Source: Batkoa obscura
Lineage: Eukaryota
Assembly (NCBI GenBank): GCA_030770535.1
Contig: JASVEC010000136.1
Coordinates: 1 to 44,074 of the forward strand
DNA length: 44,074 nucleotides
Direction of reading: 5' to 3'
The position numbers and the translations under genes are program-made. Numbering within the stretch: position 1 is the stretch's first letter; every line of letters begins with the position of its first letter. The notes beneath the pieces were generated by a model. That model was not told the origin of the DNA, made no database searches, and was given only the letters and a program-made list of their open reading frames with translations. This document shows positions 1-12,681 of this stretch, one piece after another.

Positions 1-943
1 TTTTTGTTTTTTATAGTTTAACTCTTTATTGATTAAAGTTCAAAATATACATTTAATTTTAAAATAAGTAACCCTTTGCTTTTTTAAAAGTTCCCTATTT
101 TTTATTAGGTAGTCCAACAAATAGATTTTCTAAATTTGAATTGATTTGAAACCAAAATAAAACAGTATGCTTAAATCAGTTCAGGATTAGACTGCAATAA
201 AAATAAAATAATATAACATTGGCCATTTTTCGATTTCTATTTCATATTCATTCTATTGAGATAAAACTTGAGGTAGGGAGAAGCAATTAAATCATATAGG
301 AAGCGTTTTCATCATTATCAAAAATAAACTTTAGGAGGAAAAGTATATAAACAATAATTTTTCTTAAAACCTCTTTCATTATTTTTGTGTATAAGAATAT
401 GTTTCTTAAATTGACAAGGTTGGTTGCAAAATTTGACTATGTGAAATATCGCTTTGTCAGTCCCATGGTTAATTATAACATAAAAATCGCCTAAGCTGTT
501 GTGTTCTCGAGTTCAGAGGAAATCATCCCACGTTCTTATTTTAATTTGTTATGAGAATTTCTAGCTTAATCCAAAAGAATATTATCCTCTCATTTTGATA
601 TTTATACTTTTCAGAGTATAAAAGAGTTTACAGAGTATAGTAGTTCGAGGCTTTTTAACTGAATTATTCCTGATATCTCGAACATTTAATAAAGCCACTA
701 AGTTTTCTTAATAGTATTTTACATGGGTTTTACATTAATATTGTCTATTCTATTTGTCTTATATAGCTTGTAACCTATTACGTGCTATTCCTCATAGCCC
801 AAGTCTATCTTAGTCACATAAACTAAGACCTTTCGACTTATAGTGTAGTCAACCCAGCAATAGCTGTTCTTGACTCCAAACCCTGAGTACCAGATTTCAC
901 AACTAAATCATCTAGTAGCTTCTCAATCTTTCAGAATAAATAT

Positions 944-1040
944 GGAGATGAGTTTTTGTGTTTAATAATTTTATCAATAGCCTTTCCACTTAATTAGTGC
1001 TTAAAAAGTGGAAAAAGTAGTTAAACTAAAAAAACATCCC
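944..1040 (+). mobile_element. ~98-bp MITE family copy (diverged; strand = arbitrary family orientation)
   Basis: ATAT|GGAGATG...TAGTGCTTAAAAAGTGGAAAAAGTA...AAACATCCC|ATAC, matching the other copies. Confidence 0.75.
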
Positions 1041-1604
1041 ATACGTTGATTCCTATTTAGGCTCACAAATTTTTAGGTATGGTCTATACAATAAAACCTA
1101 ATTTGATATCTATTTGTGATGGTATTAAGCTTCAGGGAACGTCTCTCCAGTAATCTCATTTACCTATTATACTTTGGCTAATGTGTTTAATTGCTAAGTT
1201 AAGTCATACTCCTCTATTTAAATATACTTAACTGATTAAGTATATTTAGGAGGTTTTCTTCTTCTTCTATCTCCTTTTTAAATAAACTCTTTTTAAACAA
1301 ACTCTTTTTTATTCAATTATCTTTTAATTTGTATTTCGAATAGTTTATAATATCTATCATCTAATACTTTAATTACAAACTTAATGTTACGATCAAACAT
1401 TTAGTCATGTTTAAATAAATTTTATTGTTAACTATGAGTTGGAAACTAATCTTGAACATCATGCTGTTGAACTAAAGTGGCTTGTCAAAGCAACCTTGAG
1501 TTCAATATCAAAATTCTCTTAAATTACTTTAAGTTCGATAAATGCTTTGTTCATAAAGTTAACTTTGTTGGGTTGGAGTATAACTAGTATCATCATCAGT
1601 ATAT

Positions 1605-1703
1605 GGGGATGTATTTTTTTGTCTAAGAACTTTACTAACAATCTTTCTGCTCAAATAGCGCTTAAAAAATGGAAAAAGTAATGAAACCAAAAAAAACATC
1701 CCC
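1605..1703 (+). mobile_element. ~98-bp MITE, full-length copy
   Basis: ATAT|GGGGATGT...CTCAAATAGCGCTTAAAAAATGGAAAAAGTAATGAAACC...ACATCCCC|ATAT; terminal inverted repeat with 4-bp flanking duplication. Confidence 0.9.
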
Positions 1704-2171
1704 ATATGCTAATCAATAGTTTATTCTTCAAACTTGTTAACTTATGTATATGGTTAATTCAATGGCAGTATTTTACAAGTTGATAAATACAATGTTTGAT
1801 CTAGATCTACTTAAAAGGTTATACTATCTTATTATACTTTCTAACATTTACTTAGCTGGGGTCAAAGGTTTGTCTAATGTTATTTGTTTTATCTAATGGC
1901 TCATTCAATTTAAATAACCCACTTGTCTCAATATTTCGATAAGTATAGATGTAGTTGAAACAATCAGTACGGTTTTTTATAAACTAAGTAATTCACTATT
2001 CAAAAATTGAAAACTGTTAATATTTTGTATTCAGCTATTTCTTTATTTACTTTTTATTTTGATCAGTGATCTTAAAATTTTAAAGTTTTTAGTTTTAGTG
2101 TGCATACAGTATTAAACTTAATAAAAAGTTAATTAATAGTAAATCTAGCTCTTATAACAATTCTAATTTCA

Positions 2172-2700
2172 ATTTATAAAGCTAAGGTCTAAAGAAGTAG
2201 CAAACTGATCATAGAGATTATCAATTATATTAAACTGGTTTTAAAAAAAGGATTTTGATAGTTTATAACGATAGTATCAAAAGTAGTAACTGAAAATTCT
2301 TGAAAAGCTTTAAGGTGTCTAAAAGTATGTGATCCACATACGTTACATTGTCGCTCCCCAAAAAGTTAATTTGAACTAATGTTTCACGAAATGATAGGAA
2401 AAATGTTTCAATATTGCTTAAAATATGGCTTCTAAGAAGGACCAACTGTCTAAACGTCTAAAAAAATTTGATCTGATACTGGTTCATTGATCTCTAACTC
2501 AATCCTTATCGTGATTGTTTATAAGCTCATTAGCTCCTAAACTAGTTGATCGAGAAAAGGTGGGAGCATTTTCCAATAAATAATTTATTAAACTTTCACC
2601 ATTTAGAAATAATGAGTTCCGAGGATATCTCCCGCCAAGATAGTCATGAAACTCTATAGATTCTTTAACTATAGCCTCTCATTAAATTTAATAATTTACA
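2172..2700 (-). pseudogene. GST-like pseudogene (paralog of 3641..4424); 5' boundary uncertain
   Basis: Minus-strand fragments SIEFHDYLGGRYPRNSLFLNGE, FLGSDNVTYVDHILLDTLK and FNIIDNLYDQFATSL align with SFKVAEYLEEKFPQNPLFPNGRE, FLEGDKLSYSDYIVFSYLK and FNYIDNLNDGFSASF of the neighbouring gene; in-frame stops and frame changes lie between them. Confidence 0.65.
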
Positions 2701-3640
2701 TGTTATCCTTAAAAAAGAGAGTTAATAATAGTTAAAGACAAATTAATAAAAGTTAACTAAAGTTACTTTATGCTTTAGGGATTTTTATGATCCTCAATAA
2801 ATACAAAATTCTGATCAATTTATGCCCCCAAAAAATAACTAACCAGTAGTTAGAATATAGTTGACGACTTACCTTATACTTTATAGCTAATAAAATCCTC
2901 TAAGTAAATGGAATAAAGTACAGTCTTTTTGAGTTATAAATTCACGAATTTCGATCATAATCAAGTTAGAAAAGAAATATTACAACTGATGTCTGTTATT
3001 CATATGATACCAAGCAAGCTCACCAATCCAACTATTGTGTATATAATTTGTCAAGTGAAATTACTAACTACATAAAAACGACTTTCACGCTTTGCTAAGA
3101 GACACAAGTATACACGGCGAAAATTGTTTTTTTTTAACTCCCATCTAAGAATATGTAGATTTCTTTACTTAATATACTAGTGAAGTATATAAAGCACAAT
3201 ATAAACACTGATAGAGATGATTGAACTAATCAATAAATAATCAAAATTTAAGTAGAACTTTAGCTATAGACCAAAGCTCAACAATTAAAAGACAATATGT
3301 GAAAGTACGGTTTGTACAATACATTTGATCTCTATATAATTTAAAGATAGTTGAACGAAGGGACTTTAATTAAAGAGCTAAGCATAGCCGATAATTAACA
3401 TAGGAAAAGGCTATAATATTTCTTTTTTTGAATAAAACTACTTAAACAACTTAGATAACAATGGTGCTTAAAGCTAAATAGCAATATTGGTGATGGTTTT
3501 ATAATCAAAACTAAAAAAATTCAATAATTACAATTACAAAAATAAAGTAACAATTTACTAAATTAAAACTTATCGCTGTCAAATATTGAACTTAATAGTG
3601 CCTCTAATTCTTGCCACTATACCAACTTTATTTCATGAGA

Positions 3641-4424
3641 CTAAGGTTTAAAAGAAGCAGAAAATCCATCATTAAGATTGTCAATATAGTTAAACCAGCT
3701 TTTTAAAATAGGATCCCGATGGTCAGTTACTATGTAGCTAAAAGTAGAAAGTGAGCCTATTTGGGCATATTTAAGGTAACTAAAGACGATATAGTCTGAG
3801 TAACTTAGCTTATCACCCTCTAAAAATCTCGTTTTAGACAATGCCATACGGAACTTTGAGAAGGATTCTTCTGTCTTGGTGAGAAGATCTTTTCTATTAT
3901 CAATCTCATTTTGAGTGTTTTCTTTAGTATTTGTACTATCATAGCCTTTAAATTTAACGTCCAATGAATTATAAAGGTCTATTGTGACTAAATTAACCAA
4001 ATGGAAATAGAAACGGTCTTGTGCTAACATTTTAGCATACTCGCGACCATTTGGAAATAATGGGTTTTGAGGGAATTTTTCTTCAAGGTACTCTGCAACC
4101 TTAAAAGACTTGCAAATTACAGATTTACTATCAGAATATATTGCCTGTACAGTATCCCACTCTAAATTGCTTTTTAGCAGTTAAATATATAAATATATAA
4201 CTTGAATAAAATACTCCCGATTTAACTTATGGTTGGCATCTTCAAGAAGAACAAATTGTTCCGAATTAAGGTCAATATCCTAGAATAAATAAATCAGTAA
4301 ATTAATAAACTACATCCGGGGTATAAATAACTACTTTATGCTTCATAGCTAATATCGTTCTCCATGTAAATGCAGTGAATAGACTCCCTCTTCTTTTTTT
4401 CACAAAGTCATCAAACTTATACAT
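3641..4424 (-). CDS. Glutathione S-transferase-like protein (GST N- and C-terminal domains), 2 predicted introns
   Basis: ATG at 4424 (MYKFDDFVKKRRGSLFTAFTWRTILAMKHK), spliced to ...TVQAIYSDSKSVICKSFKVAEYLEEKFPQNPLFP and the C-terminal N-cap-like FLEGDKLSYSDYIVFS; GT..AG introns at about 4334-4281 and 4214-4171. Confidence 0.7.
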
Positions 4425-4662
4425 TTTTATTAAATAAAAAAGTAAAGTTGTAATATTTGGTTATATTATTTATACACTATTAAATAAAATTCTAACTTTA
4501 TTGTTTAACATATGGTTTGCTAAATAAAATTACTCAGTATATAATAATAAACCTTGCCCTTTGCTAAGCGTACAATTAGAAAAGGTACTAGTTGAAAACA
4601 GTAGGGATCATTTTGAAAAATTTTGTTTGTTTTAGTGAAGAATTAGTTTTTAGGTAATAGAT

Positions 4663-4705
4663 AGGTAATAAATGGGTAATAAATGGGTAATAAATGGGTA
4701 ATAGG
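4663..4705. repeat. Short tandem repeat, ~3.5 x 11 bp (GGGTAATAAAT)
   Basis: ggtaataaatgggtaataaatgggtaataaatgggtaatagg read directly. Confidence 0.8.
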
Positions 4706-5477
4706 TAGATAGAAGCTTATTAACCTATTTTGACTAATTGAAAATAAAACCCTACCTTAATAATAACCTCCCTAATGTTAGCTCTAACCTAAATTTTTAT
4801 TATATACAAGCTATTATTTTAAGCTTTTCAAGCTTCTCGATTGCTTTTTTGGATCGGTTCTTTTAACTATAAAAGGAGATATTTTGTAAAAATTGGCAGG
4901 AAAGATAATGACTCATACTGTTCTTGGGTGGAACAGTAGAAACTTTGTTAATCTAATCTCTTATATAACAGTATATGGGTTCCAAACTCAATAAATTATT
5001 GGTAATTGTATAAGTTATCCTATAATATTAGTATAATTTATTAAAGTAACAACTTAACTTATAAGTGCTAGTAAGAAGAGCTAAATTGTAGATAAAAATT
5101 CATAAAGAAATCATTTTTAAAACCTGTAATTTACTCATAAGGATGATAGCTATAGGCATTAAAGATAATCAATTATAATGATTTCATTAAAGAGATAAAT
5201 AATAGTTTAACATATATTTAGTGCCGTAAAAAACCATGAGCTTACTTCTATTGATAACACTTATCAAGGAACTTAGATGATAAAGAGGGGTAATCGAAGT
5301 AATAGTATCAACGACACTTTTATAATCAAAACTAAAAAGAATCGATTTATAATTATAGCTACAAAACAATAGAACACACTTATAATCTTTGACCATCTGA
5401 TCAATGTTTTTGTATTAAATTAGTTTGAACAAATATTTTAAAATTATAGTAAGTATTTAAAATTTAGATCTTTATAT

Positions 5478-5578
5478 GGGGCAATGTTTTTTTGATTTCA
5501 TCATTCTTTCCATTTTTTTAAGGAGTGTCTGAGCGGAAAGATCGTTGGTAAAGTTCTTAAATAAAAAATATATCCTCC
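5478..5578 (-). mobile_element. ~98-bp MITE copy (reverse orientation)
   Basis: ATAT|GGGGCAATG...GATTTCATCATTCTTTCCATTTTTTTAAG...GGTAAAGTTCTTAAATAAAAAATATATCC. Confidence 0.8.
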
Positions 5579-5675
5579 TATATTTGAAATACCTTAAATG
5601 TAAACATCAATTACTGGTTATTAAATGTTGCAATAACTTTATCTCTTATAAAAATATTGACTCTGTTTTGTATAG

Positions 5676-6300
5676 CTAAAGTAGAAAAGACATGGCAAAG
5701 CAGTCATAAAGGTAATCAGTCGAACAAAAATAAATTTCCAAAACAGTATCTCCATGGTTGGTTACAACATCACTAAAGGTAGAAACCGAAATAAGTCGGA
5801 CAAATCTCAAATATTCATAAAGAATATAATTCAAATAATTTAGTTTATCACCTTCAATAAGCTTATTACTAGCTAAAATTTTATAAAACACTGAGGAGAG
5901 CACTTCAATCTTACATTGAAATTTTTTTTAATACCAGGCTTTTATAAAACTTTTATGAAGTTTACTTCTTTCTCTTCATATAAACGATTTTGATCTTTGA
6001 GATATAATGGGTCATAACGCTTATGTATGACTAAATAAATTAAGGTATCCAAGCAGTTTTCTTTTTTAAGTAAAGAATCCTCAAGAGTGTGACCATTTGG
6101 AAACAACGTGTTTTCTGGATACTTTTCTTCAATAAGATCGCGGCGATCTCCGAAGACTTTAAAGCTATGGATTTTTTACTGAAATTTATAACCTGGGTGG
6201 GATCCGATTCTAATTTACTCTAAAAAAGTTGAATGGGGTAAGACATTCACAGTCCTTTTGAACTATAAAAATTATGGGATTCTACCATTTTAAAGGCAAA
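5676..6300 (-). pseudogene. GST-like paralog, probably a pseudogene; 5' boundary uncertain
   Basis: LIEGDKLNYLNYILYEYLRF..STFSDVVTNHGD parallels the 3641 gene; upstream KSSEIAA and LIEEKYPENTLFPNG lie in different frames (frameshift near 6140). Confidence 0.65.
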
Positions 6301-7702
6301 GAAGCAAACTTTGTAATATTCTATATTAGTTCTTTTTATATGATTAAGTCGATTTTCAATTTAAACTTAAAACTTAATTTGCCTAATTAAACCCTTCTAA
6401 TTTATGTTTATATGCTAAGTCCAATTCATTAGGCATTTAATCAGTAACTAAAAACATCTGTCATATATCCTTGCTTTATACCTTCTAACATTAATTTTGG
6501 CTATTATAAACAACGAAAAGTATAATTCTAGGAATGTGATTAAACAGGTGTTTTATTTAATAAAGTCCAATTTTTCTGTAACATATTATATTAAACATAA
6601 TAAATTTTAATAAAAGTTATAAAGGAAAAAAGGGCTAATAGTTCTATAAGCATAAAGAGAATTGATTTAAAAAACAATCAGGTGGTCAATGATAAATACC
6701 ATAAATTAGCTAAAATCATATATTAATTATTCATTGCTGTTTTGAAAAATTTACGATAGGAATCAGATGACTATATTCATTAAAAACAGATCAGATCCGT
6801 TTAAATACTATAATATTAGTAGCAAGAATAATAATTAAAGAGTCAGAATATTAAAAAAAATTGTTAATATGAACCCTACATAGAAATTTTACTCAAATTT
6901 TAAACAATTCAAGCTCCTCCGCCTATTCCAGTTCTTTTCTTAGAACGGTTAATTATATTAAAAGGGTATATAAGCATGCCTTTGTTATTACCAACAGGTC
7001 CTCTAAAAAAGTAGGTTGTATCAACTCCATTAAATTTCCTCTATGTGTTATCAAAACCTATTTTCTTATGGACGTTCCTTAGAGTTTTTTTATTCTTTAA
7101 AATATCATATTTCATCTTATATGTTATGTATGTTTACTAAAAATTAAAAAGCATATACTATTTATAAATCTCGTTTTATTGGATATTGAAAAGATGTCTA
7201 ATGATAAATATAAAAGCTAAAATGCTAAAGGCATAATGCATGATTTATCTAACAGAGCTTTATTTTTTTATTTAATAACACTTGAGATATCTTAAAAACG
7301 TCTTTAGAAAGAAATTGGGTTTATAATATCTGTAGTATCATAATAAAACAATCAAAGGATTAATGATGTTGGATTGTAGCTATAAGGTTAAAATAGTAAA
7401 ATATGTTTTAATCGTTAACTCATTGATTTTTTTTATACCAAATTAAGTTGACTAAATTAACTAAGTATAAAATAAGAACAAAATATGTAAATATCTTACT
7501 ATAAAAATTGAAAGTTAGCAATATAAAAATACAAGTTATTGGCTATTAAATGTGTTACTGATTGTAGTTTTTGCAATGATTTCCAGATTGTTTTCTGACT
7601 TCAAAGCCAAGGGCTTCAAAACAAAAAACTCATTTGAGTTATCAACCTAATCTTGAATAATAGTTAACAATTTTCATAGTAAATACGAATTTTTTAGCAT
7701 AT

Positions 7703-7801
7703 GGGGATGTATTTTTGTATTTAAGAATTTTACTAATAATTTTTCCACTCAAATAGCGCTTAAAAGATGGAAAAAGTAATGAAGCCAAAAAAAACACTCC
7801 C
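7703..7801 (+). mobile_element. ~98-bp MITE, full-length copy
   Basis: ATAT|GGGGATGT...ACACTCCC|ATAT. Confidence 0.9.
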
Positions 7802-8025
7802 ATATCATTTCGAACTTTAACAAACAAAAGTTTTGGTGTTATTATCTATCATTTAAAAGGTTATAGTGGAATATAAAAAAATTAGTTTCGGTCGGAACAA
7901 TCCTTGCGGATAGTGTAATTGATTTACAATATACACGCCCCTACTTAAATTTTCAAGACTTAGCTTTAATTTTTGTCTTTTGTATGTGTCATTTAAAATA
8001 CAAGTCCAATAAAAAAACAGTATAT

Positions 8026-8124
8026 GGGGATGTTTTTTTTGGCTTCATTACTTTTTCTGTCTTTTGAGCGCTGTTTGAGTGAGAAAATTGTTGGTAAAAT
8101 TCTTAAATATAAAAATACATCCTC
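8026..8124 (-). mobile_element. ~98-bp MITE, full-length copy (reverse), ~55 bp upstream of DLH copy 1
   Basis: ATAT|GGGGATGTTTTTTTTGGCTTCATTAC...ATACATCCTC|ATAT. Confidence 0.9.
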
Positions 8125-8179
8125 ATATAAACACCTATCATCAAAACATAGATTTCAAAAAAGACGAACATAAAAAACA

Positions 8180-9034
8180 AGGCCAACAATTACCAAAGAG
8201 TGTTGCTCCACTCCAGCTGTTATAGTCAACCCAGGAGATTATCAGATTCAGGGGTCCTTTTCTAAAGTAGATGATTTAGATTATTATACTATTGGAAATA
8301 GTGATAAAAAGGTTATATTACTTTATGATATCCTAGGTTATCATACCAACAACTTTCAGTTCTCTGATATTTTATGTAAATTAACTGGATATCAAATCAT
8401 TGTCCCAGATTTCTTTCATGGAAAGCCATGGCCTCCACACGAATTGCCAGTTACATAGTAATTATATTATTACTTATTGATTTATCTAATATGTTTATAC
8501 TAACATTGATTTTAGTATGCAAGAAATGATTGATTGGGCAACTGTAGAGAATGGCTATGAGAATAGAGTATCAAAAGACTTAACTTTATTAATCAATCAC
8601 TTTAACAAATCTACTCCTAATAATCAATATGCTTTGATCGGATTCTGTTGGGGTGGATTAATGCTATTTGATGCATTGAATAGTAATCAATTTGTAGCTG
8701 GTATTGCTACTCATCCTTCTATGTTAACAGAACAAAACTTCAAAGATTTAAAGTATCCTATTTTATTAGCTCCTACTGAACAAGAAAAAGATATTGTAAG
8801 CTATTTTAATAGTCAAGTTTATTTTGTTTTTAATCTTCACTCTATTAGATTCCATTTTTTGACTTAATTCCATCAGATGTAAAATCTAAAAGTGAACTTC
8901 ATGATTTCACTGATCAAGTCCATGGGTTTGCAGCAGCAAGAGGTGACTTTCAAGATCATAAAATCTTCAAAAGAGTTAATGATCTCCTTACTGCTAGTCA
9001 ACATTTTTTAACAAAACATTTTAAACATTATTAA
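8180..9034 (+). pseudogene. Dienelactone hydrolase-family gene, copy 1; start codon reads AGG instead of ATG
   Basis: AGG-CCA-ACA-ATT-ACC-AAA-GAG-TGT-TGC aligns with MLVIPKECC/MSTISKECC of copies 2 and 3; in-frame TAA at 8171; introns 8458-8515 and ~8796-8849; GFCWGG nucleophile motif and HGF motif; stop at 9034. Confidence 0.7.
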
Positions 9035-9735
9035 TTTTAATATTTAATTTAAAATGAGACATAACTTAATATCAAATTAGTTCCTGTGATGATTTTCATA
9101 TATATTGATAAAATTTTAGAATGAAAAGGTGGTTTATTTATATAAACTTAATTTAGTATTTAAACTATTTTTAGTATTTAATACATTTTTAGCGTTATAC
9201 AAAAACGTCAAATTAATTTATTAAAAAGTTAAATTTAGAGTATCGAATCAATCTCTGGCATCCACTATATCTATTTGATAGGAAAAATTCAATTTAATTT
9301 TACTAAAAAAAATTAGTTGCTACTAAATTATAATTAATTTTTTAAAGATAAATGCCATTTACACCAATCAATATCAACAATAAAGAAGATTCATATGAAT
9401 ATTAATATATTAGAAGAAGACTATTGTTGAATTTAATATATATTTTATTCTTTAATTTAATATATTAGGTATAGTTTAATCAATTAGTTAGAATTTTAAT
9501 AGAACTCAATCAATTAGTTAACTAAGAATAAAAGAACAATCAATTTTAATTTTTTTTAAAATATACCAGTAAGATTAAGGAGCTTCTCTAAGTTTGATTT
9601 TTTACCAATAGAAATTAACTTTAGAATTTAGCCACTTTATTTCTCAAGATTAATTCATCAGCTAAGAAAACACACCATTTTTACTAATTTTATTAATCGT
9701 TTCTTTAACATAAACTAATATCAAAAATATCTACA

Positions 9736-12461
9736 ATGAAAGGCTTCAATGGCTTTAAAGTTAAAGAGAATAATAATCGTCAACCTAGTAATAGTCAATT
9801 ACAAAGTTATAAGCAAAATCATGGCCCAGCAAGTTTAAATTTATCAACCATATCGAATTTCAATTTACCTCAATTAGAAAAAGAAGAGAACCTATTAAGG
9901 AAACATCCAGCTTTAGATTGGAGTGAAAGACAAGTATTGCAATGGCTGAATGATAAAGAGTTAAATGAATTTGAAAACTATTTTATAAGTAAGAATTTGT
10001 ATTTTTTATAAACTAAAACAATTCAAATTAAGTTTTATTTTTTATAATTTGTTTATAGAAAACGATATCAATGGAGAAGTGTTATTAGAAATCAATAATG
10101 AATACTTAAAAATGATGGGTATTATAAAAGTAGGCTCAAGAGTTCGAATATTATCCGCTATTAACTTATTAAAGAGAGAGTATTTAATTAAATTAAAAGA
10201 TATGGCCAATTATAAGCAAATTTATTCAGCTCCATTATATCAAACCAATAATAAAACTCAACCTAAACTATCGCCTATTGGTACATTTAATGCATTACTA
10301 AGAAGATCTAGGAGTAATATTAATAATGATAAAGAAAATACAAATTCTTTGAATTCATTATATTCTATTTATTCCGACCCCTCACCACCCATTTCTCCGG
10401 AGATTCAGGTAACCTTGAGATTGTTTATGTTTTATTTTAGCTAAAATTTCAATTTTTATTATATATCTTAGCCCAGTTTACGTATCTTTGGTTCGGACGG
10501 AAAAACAAAAACAGTAATATTAAGGGATGTTAAAGATCGAGAAAAAATATGGCAAGATATATTAAAATCTTTTGGTGTGGAAGAAGGCACGGAAAAATAT
10601 GCTATATTTTTAGTTTCTGGAGAAGCAAGTAAATTTGATATTTAAAATATTTAACAAACTTATAATGAGATAATTTTCAATTTTTATAGCAAGATGTTTA
10701 AATTCCCAAGAATTATACGAGATATGTCAAGACAATTCCAGAAGTTTGAGAGAAAAATTAATATTAAGAAAAAGACATTTAAATAAACATCATATTTCCT
10801 CAAATAATCTTACACCCAATAACAATAATAGAAAAGAAATTCAAAATTCACCAACTAGTTCAAAAGCAGTAACAAAACAAAATAAATTAACTAAAATATT
10901 TGGTACCCGTCCACCAAGCGAATTAATCAGTTCTAATTTAATGCAATTTTTTCCGGATCATAAAACAGAAGGTGTAACTGAGGCTTTATATAATTTACAA
11001 AATTCAAGACCCAGACCAGTTAAAAATAATATTAATAATATTAGTAATAGTATGATAAATAATAATAACAATGCATCAATGATATATTCCCGAAGAACCA
11101 AATTAGAAACATTGAATGAAGTAACAGTCAGCGGGATAGGTGAAGCGAATGAGGGTATTGAAAACAAGGAATTTAAATGTGATTGGGTTAAAGGACCATG
11201 TATTGGTTCAGGCTCTTTTGGAGATGTTTACTTAGGATTAAATCCAATTAATGGAGAATTAATGGCAGTGAAACAAGTGTTATTACCTGATATTTATAAT
11301 ACTAGTTCCTCTGTTAAATTATCACAAGTAATTTATTATTATTAATGAATATCTAATAAGATAATTAATCTCTACTATTCTATATAACAGCAAAGGTTAG
11401 ATGCTTTACAAAGGGAAATTGAATTATTAAAAGGGTTTAATCATCCTAATATTGTTAGATATTTGGGTAAAATTTTTGTTATAATAGCATAATAATACCT
11501 AACAAAGATTAATCCACCATCTTAGGCTCTGAAGTAAAAGATAAGCACTTGAATATTCTCCTCGAATACGTTCCTGGGGGTTCAGTAAGTGGTCAATTAA
11601 ATGATTATGGTCCATTTAAAGAAACCTTAATTCAAGTTTATGTGAAACAAATATTAGTTGGCTTAAGTTTTTTACATTCTCAAAATATCGTACATCGAGA
11701 TATTAAGGGAGGAAATATATTAGTGGATAATAAAGGTATCGTTAAAATTACTGATTTTGGAGTGAGCAAGAAATTGCAAGAAGAAGTATTATCTTCATTA
11801 ACTAATCAAAGGACAAGTTTACAGGGTAAGTGGGGCTATCAAGTTTTATTAAAAATGAAATACTAATCAAATTTTTTTACTTTAGGATCAATTTATTGGT
11901 AAAACGATTTGAATAAAAGAATTTTTTGATATGGTACTTAAAATTTTATTTAGGATGGCGCCCGAAGTTATTAAACAAACCCATTATACTATTAAGGCAG
12001 ATATATGGTAATACTAATATACAATATACAACAATTAATTAACAATCCTAACTATTAATATAAATAGGGCTTTAGGATGTTTAGTTATTGAAATGTTAAC
12101 TGGTAAACATCCTTATCCTCATTTTAATCAAATGCAAGCTATATTTAAGGTAAGATAATTATTATCTGTTCATTTAAAGGGGAGATTATGGAAGGATAAG
12201 GTTAGGCTATTGTATCTTATTAATGTTTCTTTTATATAATTTAGATTGGTTGTGATGTTGCACCAGATATACCAGAACATTCATCTAATTTAGTCAAATC
12301 TTTTTTACAAAAAACATTTATTATGTAAGTTTAATAATAATTCTAATTCATTAGTTTTTAACAATAAATAAATATTGTTTTATATTAGTGACCATGAACA
12401 ACGACCTACAGCTATTGAATTATTAAGTCATCCATTTGTTATGGGTCAAATTAAAGATTAA
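9736..12461 (+). CDS. STE11: STE11/Byr2-type MAP kinase kinase kinase (SAM + Ras-association + kinase domains), ~10 introns
   Basis: SAM domain ([32 protein letters not shown]), conserved [17 protein letters not shown] block, kinase motifs [33 protein letters not shown] and spliced GSIYWMAPE; stop TAA at 12459-12461. Confidence 0.9.
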
Positions 12462-12681
12462 ATAAATTGAAAAAGGATAGTTGGTTGGTTGAGTTTTTTT
12501 GATAAAAAACTAAAGAGATTTATTAAGTTAAATGTTGAAACTTTTTTTACATTGACGGTAAAAGAAACATGGACTTAATAGTGAATTTTTTATATTTGTT
12601 TGGTTTTATATTGTTTTTAATTTAATAAAAAGAGGGAGGAAATAAAATTAAAATAAATTCATTTTAAATTGAATATTAAAA

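Noticed and set aside
400..1560. Patches that look like decayed coding sequence
   Set aside because: No frame gave a recognisable motif, so no call can be supported.
5187..5396. 69-aa ORF
   Set aside because: Overlaps the duplicated 3' flank of the GST copies; no coding features.
8455..8460. Apparent premature TAG after ELPVT in DLH copies 1 and 2
   Set aside because: The TAG spans the intron donor (TA|gtaatt); splicing 8458-8515 restores TAT-ATG in frame.
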